The notes: generated by a model not told the origin, from the letters alone. A stretch of 49,596 nt of DNA from Patescibacteria group bacterium (GCA_020148055.1 JAHCRF010000004.1:1-49596), one strand, 5' to 3'. Shown: positions 1 to 10,347, numbered from the stretch's first letter. A program made the numbers and translations.

Positions 1-69
1 GATGCCGAATGCTGAGACTTAAAATAAAACAGGCCGAATTGTAGGTTTTTACTTTTCGGCTTTTTTTGT

Positions 70-795
70 TTATCTTATCTGACAGAGTTCGAAAAAGGGG
101 GCTATAGCATTACGAATTTCGATTAACTTTTCTTGAGGATAGGGTTTTATTTTCTCAAATTTTGGATTAATTGTTTTTTCTGGTCTAAAATTTTGTAAAA
201 AATATTTTCCTTGCCCTTCGAAGCCCTGGCGAAGACGGGTTGGCTCCGAAATCCAGCGAGCGATTTTTAAAATATCTTCTTTTTTGAGTAAAGTAGGAAC
301 TATTGTGGTTCGAAATTCAAAATCAATTAAGGAATTTTTTAAAATTCCTAATGAGTTTTCGATGTTTTTTATATTTATTTTTCTACCAACTAATTTTTCA
401 TATCTTTCTTTTGGGGCTTTGATATCTATGGCAACATAATCAATCAATTTCTTATCAATTAAATCTTTCAACATTTTAGGATTTGATCCGTTGGTGTCTA
501 ATTTTACTGAATAGCCCAATTTTTTTATTTTTTTGACAAACTTTGGTAAATCTTCATGAATGGTTGGCTCTCCCCCACAGATCACAACCCCCCCAATTAA
601 TCGTTTTCTTTCTTTTAAAAATCCAAAAAATTCTTTTTCTGAAATTTTAGGTTGAAATTTTATTTTTTCTGGTAAGACCAGCTCTGCTGAATAACACCAC
701 GGGCATCTAAAATTGCAGCCGATAGTAAAAACCGTGCAAGCTATCTTGCCCGGATAATCGATTAAAGTTAGTTTTTGAAGACCACCTATTTTCAT
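70..795 (-). CDS. nrdG: Anaerobic ribonucleotide reductase activating protein (radical SAM)
   Basis: CxxxCxxC (CNFRCPWC), GGEPT and DTNGS motifs; directly downstream of nrdD; carries a short palindromic insert (TRLRQGFEGQ). Confidence 0.9.
   Translation of the reverse strand: MKIGGLQKLTLIDYPGKIACTVFTIGCNFRCPWCYSAELVLPEKIKFQPKISEKEFFGFLKERKRLIGGVVICGGEPTIHEDLPKFVKKIKKLGYSVKLDTNGSNPKMLKDLIDKKLIDYVAIDIKAPKERYEKLVGRKINIKNIENSLGILKNSLIDFEFRTTIVPTLLKKEDILKIARWISEPTRLRQGFEGQGKYFLQNFRPEKTINPKFEKIKPYPQEKLIEIRNAIAPFFELCQIR
210..240. repeat. In-frame palindromic insert in nrdG
   Basis: cttgcccttcgaagccctggcgaagacgggt: GC-rich imperfect hairpin in an AT-rich gene. Confidence 0.65.
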
Positions 796-799
796 GGGA

Positions 800-2920
800 T
801 TATTTAGCCGCTACCGCTTTTGGCAATTTGAATTCCTTTCGCTGTTTAAATTCCTGTTGTTTTCCCAGATTCCATTGTTGTACGGGGCGGAGATATCCGA
901 CCACCCTCGAATAAACCTCGCAGGCTTGCTTGATTGTACATTTTGGACAGAAAAAATGCTCTCCTGCTAAATAACCATGGACAGGACAAATTGAGAAAGT
1001 AGGAGTAAGAGTAATATAAGGTAATTTGAAATTTTCAAAAATTTTCTTAATTAGATTTTTAACAGTCTGAATATCAGAGACTCGCTCACCCAAAAAGAGG
1101 TGGAGTACTGTGCCACCTGTATACTTAGATTGGATTTTATCTTGAAGTTTTAAAGCTTTAAAAATATCGTTAGTATAATTCACCGGCAGTATTGTCGAAT
1201 TTGTATAATAGGGCACTTTTTTTGTTCCGGCAGTAACAATATCTGGATATTTTTCTTTATCGATTTTTGCTTGGCGATAACTTGTCCCCTCGCCGGGGGT
1301 AGCTTCTAGATTATACAAATTACCAGTTTCTTTTTGATATTTTATTAATCTTTGTCTCATAGAATCTAAAACTTCAATGGCAAATCTTCTTCCTCGGCGA
1401 GAGGCAATATTTTCGCCAATAAAATTTAAAAGGGCTTCGTTCATTCCTATTAACCCAATTGTTGAGAAGTGATTTCCATAATAGGAATTTCTTAATTTTT
1501 TAACTGGTGCTAAATAGTATTTTGAATAGGGATAAAGGCCTTTTTCCATAAAATTTTCTAAGGCCTTCCTTTTAATTTCCAAACTCTCTTTAGCTAAATC
1601 CATTAAACGAACTAATCTTTCAAAAAATTCTTTTTTAGTTTTAGAAAGGTATCCAATTCGAGGAATATTTATGGTTACCACCCCAATGCTGCCGGTAAGA
1701 GGAGCTGAGCCAAATAATCCTCCTCCTCTTTTGTAAAGTTCTTTATTTGACAATCTCAATCTACAACACATGCTTCTAAAATCTTCTGGTTTCATATCTG
1801 ATTGAATAAAATTTTGAAAATAGTTTACGCCATATTTTGCTGTTGCTTCCCATAACGGATTTAAAGCCGGGTTATTCCAATCAAAATCTTTAGTGATGCT
1901 TACGGTAGGAATAGGAAAGGTAAAGGGCCGGTTTTTAGCATCGCCTTCTATTAATATTTCATAAAAAGCCCGATTAAATGTATTCATTTCTTCCTGAAAT
2001 TCGCCATAGGTTTCCTTTTGAGGCTTTCCTCCAATAATTACTGCCTGATTGGCCAAAAATTCTGGCGACTTAATATCTAAGGTCACATTTAAGAATGGGG
2101 TTTGGAAGCCCACCCTTGTTGGCACCATGCAGTTATACAAAAATTCTTGCATTGCCTGTTTGACTTCTAAATAATTTAATCTGTCATAACGAATGAATGG
2201 GGCAAGCAAAGTATCAAAATTTGAAACAGCATTAGCTCCTGCTGTCTCGCCCTGGAGCGTATAAAAGAAATTCACCAATTGACCCAGAGCTGTGCTAAAA
2301 TGTTTTGCTGGTCGGCATTCCAACTTTCCTGTAACTCCGCCAAAACCACGCAAAAGTAAATCATATAGATCCCAACCCATACAGTAGCAAGCAAGGGTTT
2401 CTAAATTATGGATATGAAAATCCTCGTTAGTGGCGGCTTCCCTTATTTCTTTTGGGTAGACTTTATTCAGCCAGTATTTTTTAGCAATGGCTGCCATTCC
2501 ATATTGATTTAATCCTTGAAGGGAATAGCTCATATTGGCATTTTCATAAACTTGCCAGTCGAGCTCCTGTAAATAGCTATCAACCATCTCTGTTGATTCA
2601 TCAACAATTGCTGTTGCCTCCCTTATTCTTCTTCTCTGTTCTCTATATAAAATATAGGCCTTGGCAGTCTCAACCAGGCCTTCTAAAATTAAAATTTCTT
2701 CAATAATGTCTTGGATCTGCTCGACATGAGGAATTTCATCTTCCTTAAATCTTCGATTTAAAATCTTTACTATCTTATTAGAAAGTCTTTTTGCTCGCTT
2801 TCCATCACCTTTACCGGTAGCTGTTAAAGCTTTAAAAATTACATCAATAATTCTTGTCTCGTCAAAATCAACAATTGTTCCGTCTCTCTTTTGAACTTTA
2901 GTAATGTTATTTTTTACCAT
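800..2920 (-). CDS. nrdD: Class III (anaerobic) ribonucleoside-triphosphate reductase with N-terminal ATP cone
   Basis: ATP cone (VQKRDG...FD), SMCCRL, EATPGEG, zinc site CPVHG...CPKC, glycyl radical motif YSRVVGYLRP. Confidence 0.95.
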   Translation of the reverse strand: MVKNNITKVQKRDGTIVDFDETRIIDVIFKALTATGKGDGKRAKRLSNKIVKILNRRFKEDEIPHVEQIQDIIEEILILEGLVETAKAYILYREQRRRIREATAIVDESTEMVDSYLQELDWQVYENANMSYSLQGLNQYGMAAIAKKYWLNKVYPKEIREAATNEDFHIHNLETLACYCMGWDLYDLLLRGFGGVTGKLECRPAKHFSTALGQLVNFFYTLQGETAGANAVSNFDTLLAPFIRYDRLNYLEVKQAMQEFLYNCMVPTRVGFQTPFLNVTLDIKSPEFLANQAVIIGGKPQKETYGEFQEEMNTFNRAFYEILIEGDAKNRPFTFPIPTVSITKDFDWNNPALNPLWEATAKYGVNYFQNFIQSDMKPEDFRSMCCRLRLSNKELYKRGGGLFGSAPLTGSIGVVTINIPRIGYLSKTKKEFFERLVRLMDLAKESLEIKRKALENFMEKGLYPYSKYYLAPVKKLRNSYYGNHFSTIGLIGMNEALLNFIGENIASRRGRRFAIEVLDSMRQRLIKYQKETGNLYNLEATPGEGTSYRQAKIDKEKYPDIVTAGTKKVPYYTNSTILPVNYTNDIFKALKLQDKIQSKYTGGTVLHLFLGERVSDIQTVKNLIKKIFENFKLPYITLTPTFSICPVHGYLAGEHFFCPKCTIKQACEVYSRVVGYLRPVQQWNLGKQQEFKQRKEFKLPKAVAAK

Positions 2921-2961
2921 ATTTATCCGATAAAAAAACCTTTTTTAATAAAGATTAGTCT

Positions 2962-2990
2962 ATTCTAACTCAAAAGAAAAACAGGGTCAA
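2962..2990 (-). promoter_or_regulatory. sigma70-like promoter for nrdD
   Basis: TTGACC-17 bp-TAGAAT on minus strand; perfect DnaA box (TGTGGATAA) at 3011-3019 just upstream. Confidence 0.55.
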
Positions 2991-3029
2991 ACCCCGCCAA
3001 ACGCAATAATTGTGGATAACTCCTTTTAA

Positions 3030-3962
3030 TTAGAATCCGGTAGCAATAACTGTTACTTTTATTTCTCCTTTTTTCAATCTTTCACTCTGGACCGCTCCAA
3101 AGATCACTTTGGCTTCAGGATTTATCTCCTGAGTAATAACCTTAGCCACCTCATCAATCTCAGAAAGACTAATATCTCTTCCACCCGAAATATTAAACAA
3201 AACTCCTTTTGCTCCTTTACAAGACATATCAAGTAGAGGGGAATTAATTGCTCTTATGGCAGCTTCTTCAGCTCGCTTTTGACCTCGAGCTCGGCCTATT
3301 CCAAATAAAGCTGTGCCTGAATTTTTTAGAACTGCTTTCACATCAGCAAAATCAACATTGATAATACCGGGAAGTAAAATTAAATCGGAAATTCCTTGAA
3401 CCGCCTGCTTTAAAATATCATCGCAAATCCAAAAGGCATTTGAAAGAGAAATATTTGGGTCTAAAACTGAAAGAAGTTTATCATTAGAAATAGAAATTAA
3501 ACTATCAACTCTTTCTTTTAGTTCTTTGAGACCAGCTTTTGCAATATTCTTTCGAAAAATCCCCTCAAAAGAAAAAGGTTTAGTTACTACCGCCACAGTT
3601 AAAGCCCCTTGTTTTTTGGCAATCTCAGCAATAACCGGAGAGCCTCCGGTTCCGGAGCCGCCACCCAGACCGCAGGTAATAAAAACCATATCTGTGCCTT
3701 TTAAAATCTCAGAAATTTCTTTCCCTTGCTCCTCAGCCGCTTTCCTACCAATTTCTGGATTCATCCCTGTCCCTAAACCTTTAGTTAAATTCTTCCCAAT
3801 TCTGAGTTTAAAGTGGGCCCGAGTTATTTTAAGATCCTGAAGGTCGGTATTCATGGCAATCAAATCTACTCCCTCAATTTTAGATTTCATCATTCTTGTA
3901 ATGGCATTAGAACCTGAACCTCCTATTCCAACTACTTTAATTTTTGTTTTAATTTTTCTCAT
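3030..3962 (-). CDS. ftsZ: FtsZ, lacking C-terminal linker/tail
   Basis: VVGIGGSGSNA, GGGSGTG tubulin signature, NVDFAD T7 loop; ends at VIATGF. Confidence 0.92.
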   Translation of the reverse strand: MRKIKTKIKVVGIGGSGSNAITRMMKSKIEGVDLIAMNTDLQDLKITRAHFKLRIGKNLTKGLGTGMNPEIGRKAAEEQGKEISEILKGTDMVFITCGLGGGSGTGGSPVIAEIAKKQGALTVAVVTKPFSFEGIFRKNIAKAGLKELKERVDSLISISNDKLLSVLDPNISLSNAFWICDDILKQAVQGISDLILLPGIINVDFADVKAVLKNSGTALFGIGRARGQKRAEEAAIRAINSPLLDMSCKGAKGVLFNISGGRDISLSEIDEVAKVITQEINPEAKVIFGAVQSERLKKGEIKVTVIATGF

Positions 3963-4014
3963 AATTTGAGCGTTAGCGAGAAATATCCCTAGAGGTATAA
4001 TTTTATTTGAAGGA

Positions 4015-6153
4015 TTATTTTCTTTTTCCTTCTATTATTTCTTGGGTTATATTGTCCGGTATCTCTTCGTAATGATCGAATTCCATGGTGAAGGTTCCTC
4101 TCCCTTCAGTTAAAGAACGTAAAGCAGTAGCATAACCAAACATCTCAGCCAAAGGAACTTTAGCATCAATAACTTTCAGATTTATTCTATCCTTAGTTTC
4201 TTCGATTTTTCCTCGCCTAGCCGCCAAATCCGAAATAATATCTCCAAAAAATTCTGAGGGAATAATCACCTCTAATCTCATAATTGGCTCGAGTAAGACC
4301 AATTTTGCCTTCTTGGCAGCTGTCTGAAGAGCTGCCGAACCAGCAATTTTAAAAGCCATTTCTGAAGAATCAACCTCATGAAAAGAACCATCATAGAGGG
4401 TTACCTTCATATCGACCAGAGGGTAACCTGCCAAAATTCCTTTTTCTAAAGCTTCTTTTACACCTTTCTTAACTGCCGGAATAAACTCTTTAGGAATGAT
4501 TCCTCCTTTAATTTTATCGACAAATTCAAACCCCTCCCCTCGTTTTTTTGGCTCAACTTTTAACCAAACATGGCCATATTGACCGCGACCTCCCGATTGC
4601 CTGATATACTTTCCTTCAGCTTCCGATGTCCTTTTTATTGTTTCTTTGTAGGCAACTTGGGGTTTACCAACATTGCTTTCGACTTTGAATTCTCTTTTCA
4701 TTCTATCAGTAATAATTTCAAGATGTAACTCACCCATTCCAGAAATAATTGTTTCCCCAGTTTCTAAATCCTGTTTAGTTTTAAAAGTTGGGTCTTCTTC
4801 AGAGAGTTTTTTTAACACCTGGCTCATTTTTTCTTGGTCTTGTTTAGTCTTTGGCTCAATTCGGACAGCAATGACCGGTTCAGGAAAGGTAATCTTCTCA
4901 AGTAAAACTGGATGGTCCTCACTACAAAGAGTGTGACCAGTAGAAGTTTTTTTCAAGCCAATGGTGGCTCCAATGTCTCCGGCAAAGAGCTCTTGAACTT
5001 CCTCTCTTTTGCTAGCATGCATTCTTAAAATTCGACCTATTCTTTCTTTCTCCCCGGCAGTCGGATTCAAGACATAAGATCCTCTTTTTAAACATCCAGA
5101 ATAAACTCGAAAATAGATCAGGGTGCCGATATAAGGGTCGGCTGCAACTTTAAAAACCAGGGCAGAAAATGGTTCTGAATCTGAAGCTTTTCTCTCAATT
5201 TCCTGACCGGTTTTAGGATCAACCCCCTTAACTGGAGGGAGATCAACAGGATTAGGAAGAAAATCACAAACTCCATCTAATAGTGTTTGAATTCCTTTGT
5301 TTCTTAAGGCTGCTCCGCAAAAAACGGGAATAAGATTATATTCTATCGTTGCTTTCCTTAAAGCTTTTCTCAGTTCATCAACTGAAAATTCTTTTTTTGC
5401 CAAATATTTCTCTAAGACCTTTGCGTCTTCGGCTGCAATTTTTTCAACTAATTTTGCTCTCCACTTTTTAGCTTTTTCTAAGTGCTCCTTGGGGATCTCC
5501 TCAGCTTTAACTATTTGACCAAAATCACCTTCAAATCTTAACGCTTTCATCTCTAAAAGATCAATCACTCCCTCAAATTTATCTTCCTCGCCTATTGGTA
5601 ATTGAAGGGCAAGGGCCGCTGGCGATAATTTCTGCAAAATTGATTTAAGGCTTTTCTCAAAAGAGGCACCAACCCTATCCATTTTATTAATAAAGCAAAT
5701 TCTGGGTACTTTAAATTTATCTGCCTGACGCCAGACGGTCTCTGACTGAGGTTCAACTCCTGCTACTCCATCAAAAACCACTACTGCTCCATCCAGGACT
5801 CGCAATGACCTTTGAACTTCAGCCGTAAAATCAATGTGACCAGGAGTATCAATGATATTAATTTGACATTCCTTCTCTTTTCCGCCTTGTTTCGCCTGTT
5901 GCTCTGTCTCTCTTCGCCTACCGACGTAAGTCGGCACCCAGAAACACGTAGTGGCAGCAGCAGTAATAGTAATCCCCCGTTCTCTTTCCTGAATCATCCA
6001 ATCCATAATTGCCTCTCCATCATGAACTTCTCCCATCTTATGAGAAACTCCAGTGTAAAACAAAATCCGCTCAGTGACGGTTGTCTTGCCAGCGTCAATA
6101 TGGGCGATAATTCCGATATCTCGATATTGTTCTATTGGATAAATACGTGGCAT
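4015..6153 (-). CDS. fusA: Elongation factor G
   Basis: [33 protein letters not shown]. Confidence 0.98.
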   Translation of the reverse strand: MPRIYPIEQYRDIGIIAHIDAGKTTVTERILFYTGVSHKMGEVHDGEAIMDWMIQERERGITITAAATTCFWVPTYVGRRRETEQQAKQGGKEKECQINIIDTPGHIDFTAEVQRSLRVLDGAVVVFDGVAGVEPQSETVWRQADKFKVPRICFINKMDRVGASFEKSLKSILQKLSPAALALQLPIGEEDKFEGVIDLLEMKALRFEGDFGQIVKAEEIPKEHLEKAKKWRAKLVEKIAAEDAKVLEKYLAKKEFSVDELRKALRKATIEYNLIPVFCGAALRNKGIQTLLDGVCDFLPNPVDLPPVKGVDPKTGQEIERKASDSEPFSALVFKVAADPYIGTLIYFRVYSGCLKRGSYVLNPTAGEKERIGRILRMHASKREEVQELFAGDIGATIGLKKTSTGHTLCSEDHPVLLEKITFPEPVIAVRIEPKTKQDQEKMSQVLKKLSEEDPTFKTKQDLETGETIISGMGELHLEIITDRMKREFKVESNVGKPQVAYKETIKRTSEAEGKYIRQSGGRGQYGHVWLKVEPKKRGEGFEFVDKIKGGIIPKEFIPAVKKGVKEALEKGILAGYPLVDMKVTLYDGSFHEVDSSEMAFKIAGSAALQTAAKKAKLVLLEPIMRLEVIIPSEFFGDIISDLAARRGKIEETKDRINLKVIDAKVPLAEMFGYATALRSLTEGRGTFTMEFDHYEEIPDNITQEIIEGKRK

Positions 6154-6203
6154 ATCTCCTATAAATTACGAATAAGGGTCTTTAAGCGAGGGAAGTAATT
6201 TTT

Positions 6204-6264
6204 ATGGACAGGGGCCCGCGAAGCGGGAGGGTGGTGGGTGGAGTCCCGACCCCTCCTGTGCCAT
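6204..6264. repeat. GC-rich structured intergenic element between rpsG and fusA
   Basis: Outer pairing atgg-acagg/cctgtgccat enclosing cccgc-gaa-gcggg and aggg...ccct hairpins. Confidence 0.5.
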
Positions 6265-6270
6265 TTTGCT

Positions 6271-6738
6271 TTACCAAGCAAAATGGGCGAAGGCACGATT
6301 AGCTTCAGCCATACGATGCATGTTAATTTTCTTTTTTATTGCTGCCCCAGTATTATTCGAAGCCGCAATTAATTCCTCGGCTAATTTCTCTCTCATTGGT
6401 CTCCCTTTTCTTGATTTGGCTGCCTGGATTATCCAACGTATGGCTAAGGTTAATCTTCTCTCTCCTCTAACTTCTCTTGGAACCTGATAGGTTGCTCCTC
6501 CAATCCTTCTTGGTTTTACCTCAAGGAGAGGAGCAGCGTTTTTTAAAGCTAAATCAAAAATCTCCAAAGGATCTTTTTTGGTCTTTTCTTTAATAATGTC
6601 AAAGGTTCGATAGACAATTTTTCTAGCAATAGTTTTTTCACCCCGTCTCATCACTTGGTTAATGAATTTGGCTATAGTGACATTATCATAAACTGGATCA
6701 GGAGGAATATTTCTTTTTGTTTTCTTTTTCTGGCGCAT
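6271..6738 (-). CDS. rpsG: 30S ribosomal protein S7
   Basis: [24 protein letters not shown]. Confidence 0.98.
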   Translation of the reverse strand: MRQKKKTKRNIPPDPVYDNVTIAKFINQVMRRGEKTIARKIVYRTFDIIKEKTKKDPLEIFDLALKNAAPLLEVKPRRIGGATYQVPREVRGERRLTLAIRWIIQAAKSRKGRPMREKLAEELIAASNNTGAAIKKKINMHRMAEANRAFAHFAW

Positions 6739-6746
6739 AATTTTTA

Positions 6747-7157
6747 TTATTTTTCTTTTTTGGTTCCATATTTTGATCTCTCCTGTTTCCTTCCTTCAAC
6801 CCCACCTATGTCTAAAATTCCTCTCACTATATGATACCTCACTCCTGGCAAATCTTTAACTCTTCCTCCTCTAACTAAAACCACTGAGTGCTCTTGTAAA
6901 TTATGACCTTCCCCGGGAATATAAGCAGTAATCTCCATTCCATTGGTTAATCTTACTCTGGCTACTTTTCTTAAAGCCGAGTTTGGTTTTTTTGGAGTAA
7001 CAGTAAAAACTTTTAAACAAACGCCTCTTTTAAATGGAGAAGAATATTTTATCTGTCGATTTTTTAAAGGATTAAAACTAAATTTCAAAGCCGGCGTTCT
7101 GGCACGCTTTTTAATTTTTTTTCTACCTTTTTTAATAAGTTGATGAATGGTTGGCAT
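6747..7157 (-). CDS. rpsL: 30S ribosomal protein S12
   Basis: [20 protein letters not shown]. Confidence 0.98.
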   Translation of the reverse strand: MPTIHQLIKKGRKKIKKRARTPALKFSFNPLKNRQIKYSSPFKRGVCLKVFTVTPKKPNSALRKVARVRLTNGMEITAYIPGEGHNLQEHSVVLVRGGRVKDLPGVRYHIVRGILDIGGVEGRKQERSKYGTKKEK

Positions 7158-7198
7158 ATCAAATTACAATTTAACACAAATAAATTCGAAAGTCAATC

Positions 7199-7828
7199 CT
7201 AAAAAAACGGCGCTGGCACACCAACAATTAATCGGAAAATCCAACTTAACAGTTTAAAGATTAATGGCCATATCAATTGAAGAGAAAAAATTAAAAAAAA
7301 TAAAACAAAAAGCCAGTACTGCCGCAGGAAAATTTTGATATTCTCCATCGAACGAGGGAGTAAAGCAAAAATTACGTGAGAACCATCCAAAGGAGGAACA
7401 GGTAATAAATTAAATATTGCTAAAAGTAAATTTATAGTGACGATGTAGCTAAACATTAAATAAAAGCCAGGAAAGGCAGATAGCGCTGGAAAAAACCGTA
7501 TTACTAAACCAAAAAATAAAGCTATAAAAAGATTTGCTCCTGGGCCAGCTAAAGCAACCTTAACTCCATCGTATTTGGGATTTCGAAAATTATATGGATT
7601 TATCGGAACCGGCTTTGCCGCCCCAATTGGGAAACCAAAAAGAAAATAGGTTATTAAAGGTAAAATAATTGAGCCAAAAAAATCTAAATGTCGAACGGGA
7701 TTTAAAGAAAGGCGACCAGCATATTTGGCTGTTGGATCTCCTAAATAATCTGCCATTACTCCATGAGAAACTTCATGGATGACAACTGAAAAAAGTAGAA
7801 TAATCAGGGAAAAAATAATGGTTTCCAT
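7199..7828 (-). CDS. Site-2 protease (M50 family)
   Basis: HEVSH, AGPGAN, NLLPVPPLDG, hydrophobic segments. Confidence 0.9.
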   Translation of the reverse strand: METIIFSLIILLFSVVIHEVSHGVMADYLGDPTAKYAGRLSLNPVRHLDFFGSIILPLITYFLFGFPIGAAKPVPINPYNFRNPKYDGVKVALAGPGANLFIALFFGLVIRFFPALSAFPGFYLMFSYIVTINLLLAIFNLLPVPPLDGSHVIFALLPRSMENIKIFLRQYWLFVLFFLIFSLQLIWPLIFKLLSWIFRLIVGVPAPFF

Positions 7829-7892
7829 TTTTTTACTATAACATACCCAAAAACCTTGCCAAAATTTTAAAAAAATCTTAAAATTAAATAAT

Positions 7893-8114
7893 ATGGCGAA
7901 GCAATGCGCTATTTGCGGTAAAAAATCAAGATTGGTCTGGAGATTAGTGAAACTCCGGGGAAAATATAACCCTACAATAAAAAGGAGGGTTTATCCTAAT
8001 TTACAATGGGTTCGAATTCCTCCTAATGTAAAAAAAGAATCTTATCGGAAATTTGCCGGTAAGCGAATTTTAGCTTGCACTAAATGTATTAAAGCTCTAT
8101 CAAAAAGAAAGTAA
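7893..8114 (+). CDS. rpmB: 50S ribosomal protein L28 (zinc-binding type)
   Basis: MAKQCAICGK...RRVYPNLQ...CTKCIK; promoter TTGCCA-17-TAAAAT at 7856-7884. Confidence 0.85.
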   Translation: MAKQCAICGKKSRLVWRLVKLRGKYNPTIKRRVYPNLQWVRIPPNVKKESYRKFAGKRILACTKCIKALSKRK

Positions 8115-8117
8115 AAT

Positions 8118-8193
8118 CGGGGTGTGGTGTAACGGTTAACATACGCCCTTGGGGTGGGCGTGATAGCGGGTTCAACTCCCGCCACCCCGACCA
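8118..8193 (+). tRNA. tRNA-Pro(GGG)
   Basis: Acceptor CGGGGTG/CACCCCG, anticodon arm CGCCC-TTGGGGT-GGGCG, T arm GCGGG-TTCAACT-CCCGC, encoded CCA. Confidence 0.95.
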
Positions 8194-8197
8194 TAAA

Positions 8198-8339
8198 AGC
8201 CCTGCCTTCCTTTCTAGAGAGTCTTCTGGAAAAACAAATCAGGTGGGTGTCAAAGGTGCAGCCCACGGGCTACACTCATTTCAGACTCCCTGTGAAACGT
8301 ATTTGTCCCAGAATCAACTAGAAAGAATTTAGCAGGGCT
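8198..8339 (-). ncRNA. Rod-shaped ncRNA, probable 6S RNA homolog
   Basis: Nested helices agccctgc/gcagggct, tttctag/ctagaaa, ttctgg/ccagaa, acaaat/atttgt; CAGGGAG and CACCCACCTG motifs recalled from 6S RNAs; TTGACA-16-TAATAT promoter at 8346-8373. Confidence 0.5.
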
Positions 8340-8414
8340 AATTTAATATTAGCTCTTTAAAAAAGATTGTCAAGTTCCCAAAACCCTTTCGTCTCTCTAA
8401 GATATTCACAGTCC

Positions 8415-9485
8415 TTAGAGATTTAAAACATCTGCCATTTGTTTAATTAAAGAAACTGCCACCGGCTGAGGCAACAAACTGAAAGATTGATTCCCTTTAT
8501 CATCTAAGACTATCCAGGGTTTTTTGATTATTTTAACCTTTTTACTTTTCTCGTCCCACTGATAATTATATTCTGGAGTAATTTCATAATCATCAACATA
8601 ATCTTTTGCCAATTCTATCGGAACTGAATTTCTCAAAAGAATTTTTGGGATTCCATAGAGTGAGAAAGCTTGCTTTATTAATTTCTCGTCCATCTCCAGA
8701 CGTTCTCTTATTGGCTCTATTCCTAACTTATCACCCTCTTTTGAAACCATTTTTCTTCCTTTACAATCAGGGTTATCACAGATCAAATAAAATTCTCCCT
8801 GTTTTTTATCGAAACCTATTTCTTTTGTCGGAAATAACTTCAAATTTCTGGGGGCTTGACAAAGGGGACAAACTACTCGATGTTTCATTCTTTCGTCAAT
8901 CACGGCCTCAGGGACATCAATAAGAATAAAAATATCTGGATCCTCTCGGTAATCGATGAGGTCTCTAAAAAATAGTGAATATGATATTTGATCTAAACCT
9001 CGGGGAAAACCATCAATAAAAAGAGCCTTTCTTCCTATTTTACTTATTTTTCTTTTAACTAAAGCTAAGATGAATTCAGTTGGCAAAAGTGTCTCGGTGT
9101 TTCTGCTCAAAAGAGCTTGGATTGCCTGGTCAATTGAAATATAACCCCGGTAATTCTCTGACAGCCAATCGATTAATTCTCTTTTTTTACTCTCCTCTAA
9201 TATTTCCTGGTGAACATTCCTGACAACATCACCAATTGAAACATGATTCGCTCGCTGAGGGTCAATTATTCCTATAAATAATTTAGAATAAGTTCCTTTA
9301 CCAGAACCTTTTTTTCCTAAAAGATGAGCAATAAAAGTGTTTTTTCTTAAATAGTCTCTTAATTTTCTAATTTCCGCTCCAGCTTTCAGCTCAAAATATT
9401 CCCTACATTCTTTAGGATTAGATAAATCAAATAGGCGAGAAACGCCTTCGATCTTTGTTTTAAAAATTGGAAACTGCTGTTTCAT
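8415..9485 (-). CDS. Adenylate/nucleoside monophosphate kinase-like protein (extended)
   Basis: P-loop GKKGSGKGT, FIDGFPR, zinc lid CPLC...CDNPDC. Confidence 0.75.
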   Translation of the reverse strand: MKQQFPIFKTKIEGVSRLFDLSNPKECREYFELKAGAEIRKLRDYLRKNTFIAHLLGKKGSGKGTYSKLFIGIIDPQRANHVSIGDVVRNVHQEILEESKKRELIDWLSENYRGYISIDQAIQALLSRNTETLLPTEFILALVKRKISKIGRKALFIDGFPRGLDQISYSLFFRDLIDYREDPDIFILIDVPEAVIDERMKHRVVCPLCQAPRNLKLFPTKEIGFDKKQGEFYLICDNPDCKGRKMVSKEGDKLGIEPIRERLEMDEKLIKQAFSLYGIPKILLRNSVPIELAKDYVDDYEITPEYNYQWDEKSKKVKIIKKPWIVLDDKGNQSFSLLPQPVAVSLIKQMADVLNL

Positions 9486-10347
9486 ACTTAAACCTTATTC
9501 CATCGCTAATTATTTTTATATCGCCCGCTTTATCTGTTCTTAAAATCTTTATAGCAAATTTTTCCAATCTCTCCAAGACTTCATAACTAGGATGACCATA
9601 TTTATTTTCTCCAATCTGCACAACTGCGATTTCAGGAAAAACTTTTTCTAAAAATTCTTCAGAGGTTGAAGTCTTGCTTCCATGATGTCCAACTTTTAAA
9701 ACATTGGAGCTAAACTTAACTCCTTTTTCTAGAAGTTTTTTCTCCACGGATTTATAGGCATCTCCGGTAAACAAAAAAGAATTTTCATTAAAAACTAATT
9801 TACCAATAATAGAAGTATTATTAGTATTTTTAACAATTTTACCTTCTAAATTTTCTAAGGGAAACAAAATATCAATATATTTATCAACAAAACCTGAGCT
9901 CCTGGAAAGAATTACCCTTTGATCAGCTTGAGCAATTTTTATTTTAGCTTTTTCCTCTTTAATTAATTTCTCCCACTCCTTGAATTCTGAAGTATCCCTC
10001 AGAACTCCAGTCCATAAAATATTTTCAACTTTATATCTTTTTAAAACCTCAATCAAACCAGAAATATGATCGTGCTCAGGATGAGTTAAAATTATTAAAT
10101 CAATAGATTTATCCCAAAACGGCATATTTTCTCCCAATTTTTCTAAAATTTTTGAACTGGGGCCTCCATCAATTAAAATTTGATGACGGGTGGGAGTTTC
10201 AATAAAAATACTATCTCCCTTGCCAACATCAAAAAAATTAACTTCAAGAAGCTGGAGTTTACTTAAATCATAAATAGCAATCCAAGTCAAAATATTTAGG
10301 CAAAATAAAAAAGCTAAAATAATAAGAAAACTATTATGTTTTTTCAT
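9460..10347 (-). CDS. ComEC/Rec2-related metallo-beta-lactamase domain protein
   Basis: FFDVGKGD, LTHPEHDH, GHHGSKTS, NKYGHP; N-terminal TM helix; start placed at ATG 10347 because the longer start lies within a hairpin. Confidence 0.85.
   Translation of the reverse strand: MKKHNSFLIILAFLFCLNILTWIAIYDLSKLQLLEVNFFDVGKGDSIFIETPTRHQILIDGGPSSKILEKLGENMPFWDKSIDLIILTHPEHDHISGLIEVLKRYKVENILWTGVLRDTSEFKEWEKLIKEEKAKIKIAQADQRVILSRSSGFVDKYIDILFPLENLEGKIVKNTNNTSIIGKLVFNENSFLFTGDAYKSVEKKLLEKGVKFSSNVLKVGHHGSKTSTSEEFLEKVFPEIAVVQIGENKYGHPSYEVLERLEKFAIKILRTDKAGDIKIISDGIRFKYETAVSNF

Noticed and set aside
3001-3015. Possible NrdR box upstream of nrdD
   Set aside because: One base short of the 16-bp consensus spacing and no tandem second box.
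3526-6487. Plus-strand ORFs antisense to ftsZ, fusA and rpsG, and similar antisense ORFs elsewhere (e.g. 13682, 24701, 26621-28875, 35543, 41043, 47169)
   Set aside because: Shadow frames of well-supported genes with no recognisable motifs.
8042-8266. 74-aa minus-strand ORF
   Set aside because: It is the antisense translation of tRNA-Pro and the rpmB end.
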